Origin: Azolla caroliniana | Taxonomy: Eukaryota > Plantae > Polypodiophyta | Length of the DNA stretch: 64,000 nucleotides | Assembly: GCA_043228905.1 (NCBI GenBank) | Contig: JBHGNT010000012.1 | Span: 16,616,001-16,680,000 of the forward strand | Reading direction: 5' to 3' | Shown here: positions 22,694 through 34,858 of the stretch, piece after piece | How the letters are laid out: every line of letters begins with the position of its first letter | Position numbering within the stretch: the first letter of the stretch is position 1 | Program-made: the position numbers and the translations under genes | Notes under the pieces: model-generated | The model's database searches: none | What the model was told of the DNA's origin: nothing | The model's input: only the letters and a program-made list of their open reading frames with translations

Positions 22694-25600
22694 TGTTGGA
22701 GACAAAGTCGTCTGTGCGGAAGATCAAGAAGCATTCGATTGCTGTTGAGTACCTGCGTATGACAGTTTGTAGGTCGTTGCACAGAGAGAGAGAGAGAGAG
22801 ACAGAGAGGCACAAAAGACTTTGTCTTATTCCATAAAGCAATAATACAACACCCCAACCTTACAAAGAGGTTACAAGGTCACTATATATAGTGACCGACT
22901 TAGGGCAACTACCCTTTATGCTAATTACATAAATGGCCAAAACGGGATAGTGTGAATACGTCCATTATACACATGTATTCGACACTCCCCCGTAATGGGC
23001 GTATACATGGGTTATCTAAGATTACAGGTATAGACTTAGGTTCTCGGACATATCAGCTTTGTTCGGATCGGCAGGGTCCGAAGGCAGAAGACCGAACTGG
23101 TCGGGTCGGAACAGTTGAAGCCGATCATTAAGGAACTGATGTCGGTTGTCGGGAACCATCCTGCTCTGTGTCCGGCTCTAACCGGACTGGTTTGTCGTTA
23201 CGCCCATCTGATGCCGAAGAGACCGAAAACGGTCTGCCGAAAGACACTTGGTCATTCCATCTGCGACATTGTCGGTTGTGGATATTTTCTCTAGATCGAT
23301 TTTCCCTGAAATGACGCAGTCCCGAACGAAGTGATATCGAACGTCGATATGTTTGGAGGCGTTGTGGTGAACCGGATTTTTCGACAAGGCAACAGCACCT
23401 TGACTGTCGCTGTAGACAACTGGAGCCGAGTCATGGTCGACTTGTCGAAACGTGTGCGCCAGCCGACCGAGCCACAAAGCTTCTTTTGCTGCGTCGGACG
23501 CAGCTACATATTCTGCTTCGGTCGTTGAGGTCGCTGTGCACTCCTGAAGTTTCGACTTCCACGAGATTGCTCCATTGCCGAATTTGAAGCAGTATCCGGT
23601 TGTTGATTTCCGACTGTCTATACAGCCGGCGAAGTCCGAGTCGGTGTAACCGACTACGCCTGAGGTTCGGTTCGGACCGAAAAGAATGCCGTGGTCTTTT
23701 GTGCCAGCCAGATATCTGAACACATGCTTGACTGCGTTCCAATGCGATCGGCCAGGATTGTGCATAAATCTGCTAACGACTCCTACGGCGTGAGAAATAT
23801 CAGGCCGTGTCGCGACCATCAGGTACATAAGGGAGCCGACTGCCGGTGCATACGGTACCGACTTCATATCTTCCCCCTCCGGACCGGATGTCGGGCAGTC
23901 TCGCTGAGAGAGCCGAAGATTCATGGGGAGCGGGGTTGAAGCAGATTTGGCTGATTGCATGTTGAAGCGTTCTAAGACACGTCGGGTATAGTCGGTCTGA
24001 GACAAAAAAAGATGTTGTTTATCGCGATGCCGACTAATCTTCATGCCAAGGATGTGTCGTGCCGGACCGAGGTCCTTCATGGCAAACTTCAACCGCAGTT
24101 GCCGAATGAGATCGGCAAGTTCGCCCGCGTGGCGTCCAGAAATTAGCATGTCGTCCACGTAAATGATGAGGAAGATGGGTGATCCATCTTGAGCTGTGTT
24201 GGTAAAGAGACAATGGTCCTCATCGCTTTTTGAGAAGCCGATCGATTGGATGAAGTCGTCGAACTTCTTGTACCATTGTCGCGGTGCCTGTTTGAGGCCG
24301 TATAGACTCTTCCTGAGTCGGCAGACTAGATGTGCTTGGCCAGTTGCCACGAAGCCTTTTGGCTGCTCCATATAAATTTCCTCTTCAAGATCACCATGGA
24401 GGAATGTTGTTTTGACATCTAGCTGAATCAGCTCCAAGTTGTCGGCTGCCACTACGCCGAGTAGAAAACAGAGGGTTGTCATTTTCACCACTGGTGAAAA
24501 AATCTCGTCGAAGTCGACGCCATATTCTTGTCGGAAGCCCTTCGCAACTAATCTGGCCTTGTACTTTGGGGTGGTCGAATCAGACGTCTCTTTTAGTCGA
24601 TAAACCCACTTGCAAGGAAGAGCACGTCGGTTCCTAGGTAATTCAACCAGATCCCAAGTCTTGTTTGCCCGAATGGAGTGCATTTCCGACTCCATCGCCA
24701 GATGCCAGGTGGCGAAATCGACAGATGTCGATGCTTCTTCGTAAGACGTCGGTTCGCCGGCGTCGGTGAAGAAAATTCCAGGAGAATACCTCTCCGGAGG
24801 TTGCGACAGTCTCTCGGATCGGCGAGGTAAGATTGGACTGGTCGCATCGGGTATCAAGGTCGGATGGTCCGAAAGCGGATTGTTCTGTTGTGCCGAGTCG
24901 GGGTTGTCCGAGTCGGTAGTGTAAGGTTCAGCTACCCGTGAAGCTGACCGTGTGTTGAGAGCGGGGCCTTCTTGAAGGGTCGGCACATCGGAAAATGTCA
25001 CCCTTCGGACTTCGATCGGTTTTTCGACTGATGGATTCATAGCCGACTCGTTGAACACAACGTCCGAACTTCGAACGATTTGTCTGCGTTCGGGGTCCTA
25101 GAGTCGGTATCCCATTTCGCCGTCGGATCCATATCCAAGGAAAATGCATTTCCTGGACCGAGGTGCAAGTTTTCGGCGATCATCTTTCGGAATAAGGGCG
25201 TACGCCTCGCATCCGAAGATCCTCAGCTTGTCGTAATTCGGCTTACTGCCGATCCATAGTTCCTGAGGAATTTGAAGTCCTAGAGGTCTACTTGGCGACA
25301 TATTGATTATGTGTACTGCCGTGAGTAGAGCCTCTGCCCAGAAGCCATCCGACAGTCCGGAGTGTTGGAGCATGGAAACTGTCCATTCTTGGATTGTCCG
25401 ATTCATGCGTTCGGCAATCCCGTTTTGCTCCGGACTATGTGGTGCCGTAAATTCACGTCGGATGCCGCGTTGTCGGCAGAATTTGACGAATTCTTCGGAT
25501 TTAAACTCTCCCCCATTATCTGTCCGAAAGCATTTCAGCTTTCGGTCGGTTTGATTTTCTACCATAGCGAGCCAATCGGTGAAGATCGAGAAGACCCGAT

Positions 25601-28159
25601 CTTTGGTGCGAATTGGATAAGCCCACACCTTTCGAGTCGAATCGTCAATAAAAGTGACGAAGTAAGAGGCACCGCCGAGAGACTGATGCGGCATTGGGCC
25701 ACAGACGTCCGAGTGGACCAAATCAAGAGGTCTCGTTTCTCTTGGTGCTGATGTCGGGTGTGATGCGGCTGCTTGTTTGCCATACTGGCAATGCTCGCAG
25801 AATTGATGGTCCGAGAAGGAGAGTTTGGGGATGTATCCGGCTCTAGACAGGTGCGTGATGCCGGCCTTGCTGAGGTGTCCTAATCTTCGGTGCCATAGTG
25901 ATGACACAGGAATATCCACCAAAAACAGGTTACCCTCTCTGAGCGTAACATGTAACGGATACAGGGAGTGTATCTTGGGTCCTCTAGCAAGCAGGAGGTT
26001 CCCCCTGTGGAGTGTCCACCCTCCCGAAGAAAAACCGGCACGAATGCCGTCTTCATCTAGTTGTCCGACTGAGATCAATGGCCTTGAGAGCTCGGGTACA
26101 TGTCGGACATTGTGGAGTACAAGTGTAGAGCCACCTGCAAGGTTGAGCTCTACTGTGCCGATTCCGATGATGTCACAGTGTTGTGAGTTGCCGACTCGAA
26201 CTGAGTCGGAGTGACGGATCGTATATTGCCGAAATTGGGATCGATGAGGAGTCACGTGAAATGACGCGCCCGAATCTAAGAGCCATGTGCTCGATTCTTC
26301 AGTCGTGAGTAGAACTTCTGATCCGACTGGATTTTCGATTGATAGTATATTCGGGTCGTCCGGTAGTACATCAGCTGAGAAGCTGACGTAATTGATCTCC
26401 TCATGCCGGCCACTCTTCTTGTTGTTCTTGTTCTTGAGTGCGCGGCAGTCGGCTTTGATGTGTCCGGGTTTCTTGCAATAGTTGCAGATTCGGTTATCCC
26501 GTGACTAGCTCCGTCTTCGCTGATTGTTCGGCGGCCGTGAGGAATCTCTTCCTCGTATGTTCGATCGGTCTGTCGAACCTTGTACTACGTAAGCGTCGTC
26601 TGTTGAGTCTTTGGCGAAAGACTTTCTCCAAGCTGCTTCGGTCAGGATTGCGCTCGTGACTTCGGAGTATTTAACAGCCGTGGTTGACGCGTTGCACACG
26701 GTTGTGACGAAAGTTTCCCAGGATGAGGGAAGGCTGCTCATGAGTATCATTGCTCTGAGTTCATCCTCGATTGCCGTCCCCTGTGACGAGATTTGGGAGC
26801 TTATGCTTTCGTACTCATTGAGGTGTGCTTGAACCGAATCGGATTCTTTCATCCGCAAGTTGTAGAGGCGCCGGATCAGAAACATCTTCGTTGCGGCGAC
26901 CTTCTTTTCGTAAGTGTCCGACAGTGTTTTCCACAGTTCGAATGCTGTCGTACACGATTGCACCGTAAAGTATACCGATTCCGATAGGTGCATCCGAATC
27001 ATGGCGCGGACAATTCTGTCCAGCTTCTGCCACTCAATTGGTTTGTATCCTTCTGGAGGTTCTTCATTTTCGATGGGATCGATTTGCCCCTTGACTATGA
27101 GATAGTCCTGCATTTGTTCCTTCCAGAAGTTGAAGTTCGATCCATCGAACTTTCGTAGACTCATTTCTGACGAGCCGGATGTTGATGCCATCAAGTTCGG
27201 TTTTGGTTGACGAAGCTCGGTTCGGAGTTGACTACGAACCTTGTTGGAGTGCAGCCAGTTGGCTCACCCGATATCGTTCTAGTCGGATTTGAACCCGAGT
27301 CGGTTCGGCTTCGGAGCTTGCTCGAATTGACTCCGGTAACTTGAGGGACAGAACCGACTGGTCTTCCCGAATGTTGCCGAGTCGGAGTGAGCCCGGTTCG
27401 CTTCGGATATATATGCCGAATACCGATTATTGAAACCGATTATCTGGACCGATTCTGCTTCGGGTGGCTGCAGCGACGAGAGAGACAGATCCAACTGATC
27501 CTCCCGAATGTCGATCAGCCGGATGAAGCGCGAATTGGGGTTGTTGTCTTGAGACCGATCTGCACCGAGTGGTTACAACGAGCGGCGAGCAGCGTTTAAT
27601 GACCTTTTCGGATGCCGTTTAACCGAGTGGAGCGCGATCGTGTCAATGTTGCACAAGTGGATTTCACCTCGAGCGTTGCGATCACAAGGAACGGAGTACA
27701 ACCGGCTGGCTTACTCCAAGCGAAGAGGATCTAACGCGAAGAGATGCAAGCCTCGTTTTTCTTCTTCTCTCTTCTTCGAATGACGCAGGAAACCGAATGC
27801 TGTGCAGGCTGAGACGACAGCCGACAGCGGATTGAAGGACCGAATACTGTGCAGGCTCTGATACCAGATGTTGGAGACAAAGTCGTCTGTGCGGAAGATC
27901 AAGAAGCATTCGATTGCTGTTGAGTACCTGCGTATGACAGTTTGTAGGTCGTTGCACAGAGAGAGAGAGAGAGAGACAGAGAGGCACAAAAGACTTTGTC
28001 TTATTCCATAAAGCAATAATACAACACCCCAACCTTACAAAGAGGTTACAAGGTCACTATATATAGTGACCGACTTAGGGCAACTACCCTTTATGCTAAT
28101 TACATAAATGGCCAAAACGGGATAGTGTGAATACGTCCATTATACACATGTATTCGACA
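22694..28159 (-). mobile_element. Young full-length Ty1/copia element
   Basis: Two 291-bp LTRs (22694-22984 and 27869-28159) that read as identical; TSD CCCCC; Met-i PBS TGGTATCAGAGC (27855-27866); PPT next to 22985. Confidence 0.97.
23178..27194 (-). pseudogene. Copia gag-pol, single frame with two in-frame TAG stops
   Basis: gag (KFDGSNFNFWK), CCHC knuckle, protease WLLDSGAS, integrase (VHSDVCGP, TDNGGEF), RT (YVDDML) and RNase H (KHIDVRYHFVRD); stops at 26505 and 25098. Confidence 0.95.
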
Positions 28160-28464
28160 CCCCCCACCCCCGGTTCGAACCACTCACTCTTGGTTCAGTC
28201 TACCGAGAGACCCCCGCCGCCCAAACACAACCTAGACACTAATCCATCTGTCCCCTTAAAATATAAATATAAATATCGCTATCCCTCCAAACACCTCATA
28301 CTATCAATTATAATAATTATAACTAATCACAATAAGTCATTGATATGAATCGATAAGTACACTAATCATCGGTCATATTGATGTGTCGACAAGGGCCAGG
28401 GAGTGTAAGGATTGGTACACTCTCATATGGCTATACTAATCTTTGTCGTAGCGGGTTATAATCG

Positions 28465-28755
28465 ATGGATTCCACCCCATTCACCAAGCTCCTCCACACG
28501 CACTACCCCGACACCGGCTACGTTCACACGCACGCCTTCGCGGATGTTACCCATGTTGATTTCCAGTTCAACATCGCGGACGTTTGCACTACGCTACATT
28601 TGTCGGCGGATGGCACTCCCTTCCGCACCACAAAGGCCCCTGGCGTCGTCCCCAACATCATCCCCCCCGCCTACTCCGAGTATTCCGGACGCGAAGGTTG
28701 GAATTTCACCGAAATTCCCCCTCACCTCCATGATCATTTTAGCGCCATCGCCTAA
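28465..28755 (+). CDS. Hypothetical 96-aa ORF in the 3' region of the Athila/Tat-like element
   Basis: ATG-initiated, non-repetitive ORF about 200 bp upstream of the PPT; no recognisable motif. Confidence 0.3.
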   Translation: MDSTPFTKLLHTHYPDTGYVHTHAFADVTHVDFQFNIADVCTTLHLSADGTPFRTTKAPGVVPNIIPPAYSEYSGREGWNFTEIPPHLHDHFSAIA

Positions 28756-28957
28756 ATTGGTGACACCGACACCATCAACCGTATCCCCAATGAGTTCCTC
28801 AAGTGGGCACACGATCCTCGACCGGTCCAGTGGGCCCACGAACTCACCACCGACGAACCCCTGACGAACCCCCCTCCTCTATCCTTCCCGCCCCCAACGC
28901 CCGAAGCTCCCCTCCCACAGTGCACCTAGGAGTGTGCACTCATTAGGTTGGGGGGGA

Positions 28958-29025
28958 TGTTAAGTGCTTGGATCCCACCATGACCGGTAATGAAGAAGAG
29001 CGCATTAACAAGGACGTAGTATGGC
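28958..29025 (+). repeat. Truncated 3' LTR (first ~68 bp only)
   Basis: Follows the PPT, matches 29182-29249, then switches to copia RT sequence. Confidence 0.85.
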
Positions 29026-29181
29026 CTCCCAATGCTTTCATCCTGGGTTTAACATGTACCGACCGACGACCCCTACTTCATATGCAAGGTCCAATCGAGT
29101 CGCCACCATTGCGTACATTTTACTTCCTACTACCAATGCGTAGGGTATCTTTCCATTGAGCTCTTTCTCCTCGTCAGTCGA

Positions 29182-29742
29182 TGTTAAGCACTTGGATTGC
29201 ACCATGATCGGTAATGAAGAAGAGCGCATCAACAAGGACGTAGTATGGCTAAGGGACCTACGAAAGAGGGAATGGTAAGAGGAAAGAGGGCTAAGAGACA
29301 TCCAAGTGTGAAAGGTCCATACCCTAAATGTAAATGCTATATAAACCACATGGTGGTGGCTTTGTAAGGGTTCTTCCATTTGTAAAGATCTCCCTATTGA
29401 TTAAGAGCTAGAGCTTCCTTTCCTCCTTCTTGTAACCTTTAAGCTTAAGAGAGATTAGTGAAGTGTTTAGTTAGAGAACACTAATCTCTCTTCCTTTTTG
29501 GTGCTAGACCTCTTCACAAATAGGGTTAATAAAATATTCATTACCCTATTGTCCCTAAGAGCGAGCTTGAGAGAGTGAGAGAGATATCGTGTTTAATCAT
29601 CTATTAATTGTTAAGTGAGTGTGAGGCTTGGATGTGTCCGACAACCATCTTCGCCCGATTCGCCATCAAAAGGGTATACGCCGATCCGAACTCCACAAAT
29701 GACATCGAGGAGTTAACTCCATCGATACATAAATCCTACACA
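29182..29742 (+). mobile_element. Solo LTR of the Athila/Tat-like family inserted in copia RT
   Basis: TG...CA termini; TSD GTCGA/GACGA; homologous to 6850-7051 and 28958-29025. Confidence 0.88.
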
Positions 29743-31027
29743 GACGAAGGAGAGTTTCTGTCTGATAGTCGGATTAACGTCGGAAGCGATGTTGGTGCTA
29801 GCTTGGAATTTTCCATGTTGAAGCGTCTCAACACCTTTCAAATGTCGTGAGATTGGGATAGTCGAACAATCTTTGTCTTCCGATTCCGCTCTATCCTCAT
29901 GCCCAGTATATGTCGGTCTTGTCCAAGTTCCTTCATCGCAAACTTGTTGTGAAGGCTTGGCTTTAGCTTTCCAATCTCTGCTCGATTGATCCTTGCAATT
30001 AGCATGTCATTGATGTATAGGATCAGATGGATCTGGGACTCGTCAGCCAGTTGCCGAACATACATACATGGGTCGGAGTTGGATTGGCGGTAGTTGAGCT
30101 GTCTGATGTAGGAGTCAAACTTCTAGTACCACATCCTCGATGCTTGTTTTAAGCCATAAAGGCTTTTCTTCAGTAGACATACGAGGTGACCTTCCCCTCG
30201 TGTCGCCGTGAAGCCTACCGGTTGAGACATGTAGATGTCTTCTTCTAGATCTCCGTGTAGGAAAGCCATCTTGACGTCCAATTGCTCAAGCTCTATGTCC
30301 TCTGTCGGCACGACCTGGAGTAGTAGTCGAAGGGTGGTCATCTTGACTACTAAAGAGAAAATTTCATCATAGTCCACCCCATCTTCCTGTTTGAACCCTT
30401 TCGTGACGAGCTAAGCTTTGTATTTGGTCTTTTCCAAATCAGATATATATTTGTACCTGAAGACCCATTTTGAGGGTAGCGGCTTCCTTCCAGCTACTAG
30501 TTCGACCAGCTCCCATGTTTGATTCTCGCAAATTGAGTCCATCTCGGATTGCATGCCTTGTAGCCATGTATCGTCACCCGGTGTAGTTGACGTAGTCGAG
30601 GCCCAGTTGATAGAACATTATTGGCCTTCGAACTCATCTGGATCTCCCGAGTGCCGAAATGATCACTTTTTTTACTCTTGTTGATTTGGCTTTGTCTTTG
30701 ATGGCTTTGTCTTCAAGTTCGACTAGTGGACCTCCTACCGATTCGGAGTCGATAGGTGTATTGTCGGCTTGTTCGAGTTCAACTATTTGTCGAATCTCCA
30801 ATTCAGCCCGGTGGGTCAGTCTTTCTATGATGTCTCTGTCGACGTCGAAGGAGACCGTCTTACCAACTATTTTCTGTTGGTTCCTCACAGAGAGAATAGA
30901 GTTTTCATTGAAGACCACGTAGCTACTCCGGATCAATTTCCATTCCTCTGCGTCCCATAGTCTATAGCTGAATTCCCCATTGGTTCCATAACCAAGAAAT
31001 ATGCATTTTGTTGCATGGGGTGCCAAT

Positions 31028-33016
31028 TGTGAGCAGATATGCGTGGAAGTATGTTTGAGGACCTGTGGAGTAGATAGACAAGAAGTTAAGCTTCAATGGT
31101 GATTCTCGTTATTCTCAGTTTTCTCTCTCTCTTAGAGACTCTCTATACAAGAATGATCAAGAAACACGTATTACAACGTTAGATTAGGGCTTATATACTC
31201 CAGCCCTAACTATTGGATGTTTTCACACTAGTAAGAATGCAAAGTGGAAGGAGTCGGCCTTTTATGCCAACAAACGCCCCCGTTAAAGGACTACTCTTTC
31301 CTACATGTACAAGTGATTGGGGTTATCTCCCTCGTAAACTTAGATGACAAAGTTGATCTAAATTTGTATTACAAGTCTGTCAGCGTATAGTCAAGTCGAC
31401 AGAGGTAGAAAAAATATCTAGCATAATTCGGTTAGTTGTTCGGATTGGTTTGTCCGAAATGGTTGGATCATCTTACCTTCTGCTCCTTGCTCGGTTCTCT
31501 TTGGCTTAGTCTCTTGTTGTAGTCCCATCTTTGTCCTCAGTGCTTCGGAGCGTTGATCTGGGAGTGACTTCATCAAGCAATCAACGATGTTCACCTCGGT
31601 GTTGATCTTCCGGACTTCGAGCTTCTTCTCGGTTACTAGCTCCTGGATATGATGATACCGCACCTCAATGTGCTTTTCCTTCGCATGATAGACAGGGTTA
31701 TTGATGAGGTGTATTGCGCTCTGTGAGTCGTTGTACATGGTCGGTGCTAGTCGGTTGATTCGGCTCCTAGCCAAAAAGTTGCCAGTCAGTCGGTGTAGCC
31801 AGATCGCCTCCTTTGCTGGCTCTAATGTTGCTATGTACCGCCACCATAGGGCCATGCACTCTTGATTTTTTGACCTCCATGATATGGCACCGCCACCATA
31901 GGTGAATATGTAGCTTGATGTCGACTTCCAATTGTCCGAATTCCCTACGTAATTGGAGTCGGTGTAGCCTTAGACTTCGGTCGATTTGCCGATTTGAAAG
32001 TCAATTGTGCATCTTTGGTCCCTCTTAGGTACATGAAGATGTGCTTGATGGCCTCCTAATGCTTCCGTCCTGGGTTTGACATGTACTAACTAACGACCCC
32101 TACTTCCTATGCAAGGTCAGGTCGAGTCGCCACCATTGCATACATGATACTGAATCCTACTACCGATGCGTAGGGTATCTTTCCATTGAGCTCTTTCTCC
32201 TCGTCTGTCGAAGGATAGTCTTTGTCTAATAGTCGGATCGACGTCGGAAGTGGTGTTGGTGTTGGCTTGGAATTTTCCATGTTGAAGCATCTCCACACCT
32301 TTCGGATGTAGTCAGACTGGGAGAGTTGAACAATCTTTGTCTTCCGATTCCGCTCTATCCTCATGCCTAGTATATGTTAGGTTGTCGTCTCCTTGGCAAT
32401 ACTGAAGTAGACATTCTCAGCCAGATGCATTCAGGTGGTGGAGCGCACAATTTCTTCTAATGATCTCTACTCTTCGGTTGACATCATAACGGTTTTTTCG
32501 CTATGTCGAATAGCTTTGACTTGTCTTCTGATAATCAACACATGCATTATGTCCTTCCATAGGGTAAAGTTTTTGCCGTCGAACTTTCAGATTTCATCTC
32601 CTATACCGGATATTGAAGCCATATTATGTTTTGAAAGTGAGATTTTGGACTGACCTACTCTATTCCTTTAGTTCTTTTTGTTGTTTCATTGTTGTTGAGC
32701 ATCAGGTTCGCTCTGATACCAATTGTGAGCAAATATACGTGCAAGAACGTTTGAGGACCTATCAATTATGCACAGCAAACAACATACACAGATATATAGC
32801 TGAAGGAGTAAATAGATAAGAAGTTAAGCTTCAATGGTGATTCTCGTTATTCTCAGTTTTCTTTCTCTCTCTCTCTCATAGACTCTCTATAGAAGAATGA
32901 TCAAGCAACATGTATTACAATGTTAGGTTAGGGCTTATATACTCAAGCCCTAACTATTGGACGTTTTCACACTAGTAAGGATACAAAGTGGAAGGAGTTG
33001 TCCTTTTATTCCAACA
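31028..33016 (-). mobile_element. About 2-kb internally deleted copia element with two LTRs
   Basis: LTRs 31028-31272 and 32724-33016; TSD CCAAT/CCAAC; PBS near 32710; PPT near 31275; gag N-terminus joined directly to the RT end and RNase H. Confidence 0.88.
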
Positions 33017-33386
33017 CCAACTTGGTCCTTTTCTCCCTAGGTATGAATACGTAGGCTTCGCATCCAAATATACAAACTCTATCATAGGTCATCTGTTTGC
33101 CTGACCATAGTGCCTCTGGCATTTCAGCCTGACTACTTTCGACGGCAACATGTGTGAAGAATAGCGCGGAATATCGCTCGGCCACAACCGAGTTTTGAAT
33201 CACATAAATAGGAATGAACAAGAGAGTACACAGAAATGACACAGGATGTTTACGTGGAAAACCCTAATAGGGAAAAACCACGGGAGCCCACGAACTCCAA
33301 CTATCACTATATGAGAGAAAATACAAATTGGAGGCATAGAGGCAATGACCTCGTGCTCGCGATCTTCGCCAGACGACGGTTACGAG

Positions 33387-33430
<44 letters not shown>

Positions 33431-34142
33431 AGTAGTTATGCACATACAAGAATATGACAAATTGCATAACAAAGTGATTGCCCTAATTCATATTTATACT
33501 TATATGAACTTAGGGCTATTTACAAATATAGCCTCAATAGGCTTGCTCGAAACATATTTACATATATGTCTCTCTTCCGGTTCTCACTGGGTCCTCTTCA
33601 TTCGTCACCGGATCCCATCCGAAGGGACCGATTTCCCAACAATCTCCCCCTTCACTCCGGCATGGGATGTCTCGTCAGCCCGATCCGCTTTCAACACGTG
33701 TCCAACTTGTCGGTTGTTAGCACCTTGGTCAGCATATCCAACCCGTTCTCCTTCGTGTGGATCTTCATCAACACGAACACTTGATCTTCTACTCTCTCCC
33801 GGATCCAGTGGTACCTCCGCTGGATATGTTTCGTCCGGGAATGGTAGGTTGCGTTCTTTGCAAGGTGGATGACACTTTGACTGTCGCAGTAGAACCGATA
33901 TTCCTCTTGTTGGATCCCTAGCTCTCCGATGAAGTCCTTCAACCAGATTATCTCCTTGTCGACTTCTACAACTGCCATGTACTCCGCCTCCATGGTTGAC
34001 AATGCAACCGTCTTTTGCAGCCTCAACTGTCACGAAACAACTCCCCCTGCATAAGTCATGACATATCCAGATGTCGACCGGCTAGTATCTGCATCAGCCG
34101 ACATATCCGAATCCGTGAAACCATCGAGTTGGGGTTTTCCAA

Positions 34143-34858
34143 TGTCGAGCCAATCCTCACGTGTTTACGAAATGAAGCGGGACCACCAGGGTCCTGGACC
34201 GGAAGGATTTGATGTTTTTAGTAGCGTAAGCGAGAAAGTATTGAAGATAGATAGATGGATGAAGAGAGAGAAAGAGATTGAGATAGAGATTGAACCCTTG
34301 ACTTTAGTTTTATGAGACAAGATACATCACCATTAGGATAACTCAAATCTTTGATTAAAGACGTTTCTTTTTTACTTACATCACTTGCCTTTGTTACACA
34401 AGCCCAACTATAGGCTTTTATAGGTCTCTCCATGCAAAAACCATGGGCTAAAACCATGGTTTTGTGCCCACAGTTTCTATATGTTTGCTTCCTACAAAAT
34501 ACTAAATATGAAAAAGAAAATATACAAATTTTACAGCACTCAGTAGTGGCTTTAGTGGTAAGTTAATTTGTCTCCTATCTCGGAGGTGCAAGGTTCAAGC
34601 CTTGCTCCCACCCCTATGTATGCACTTAGATGTTACTAGGCTTTAGTCTTATTTTTATATTTACAATTGAGCGCACATCACACGTGCACATGTTTAACTT
34701 TACATCTAGCTTTTCTTTTACGATTCTCATTTCAATCCTAATTACAACATGCTAGCATATGCGTGTGGCCTTCACCCCTTTCACACGTGCACATTGCACC
34801 TTCTCGATTTCGTTCGTTGCACACAATTTTCATACCGTTGCCAAAAATCTTCACGATA
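34143..34858 (-). mobile_element. Solo gypsy LTR of the same family as 42165-42774
   Basis: Reverse-complement match to 42165-42774; TSD TCCAA/TCGAA; splits the copia RT/RNase H junction. Confidence 0.88.

Larger units (their letters stand above)
6850..29025 (+). mobile_element. Non-autonomous Ty3/gypsy non-chromovirus (Athila/Tat-like) element hosting several nested insertions
   Basis: 5' LTR remnant 6850-7051 ends TACACA; PBS TGGCGCCATTGCCGGGG (Athila-like tRNA-Asp type) at 7058-7074; gag, protease and integrase tail; PPT GGTTGGGGGGGA before a 3' LTR start TGTTAAG at 28958. Confidence 0.8.

Noticed and set aside
29182-29742. True 3' LTR of the element starting at 6850
   Set aside because: It has its own TSD within copia RT and no adjacent PPT; the real 3' LTR starts at 28958 and is truncated.
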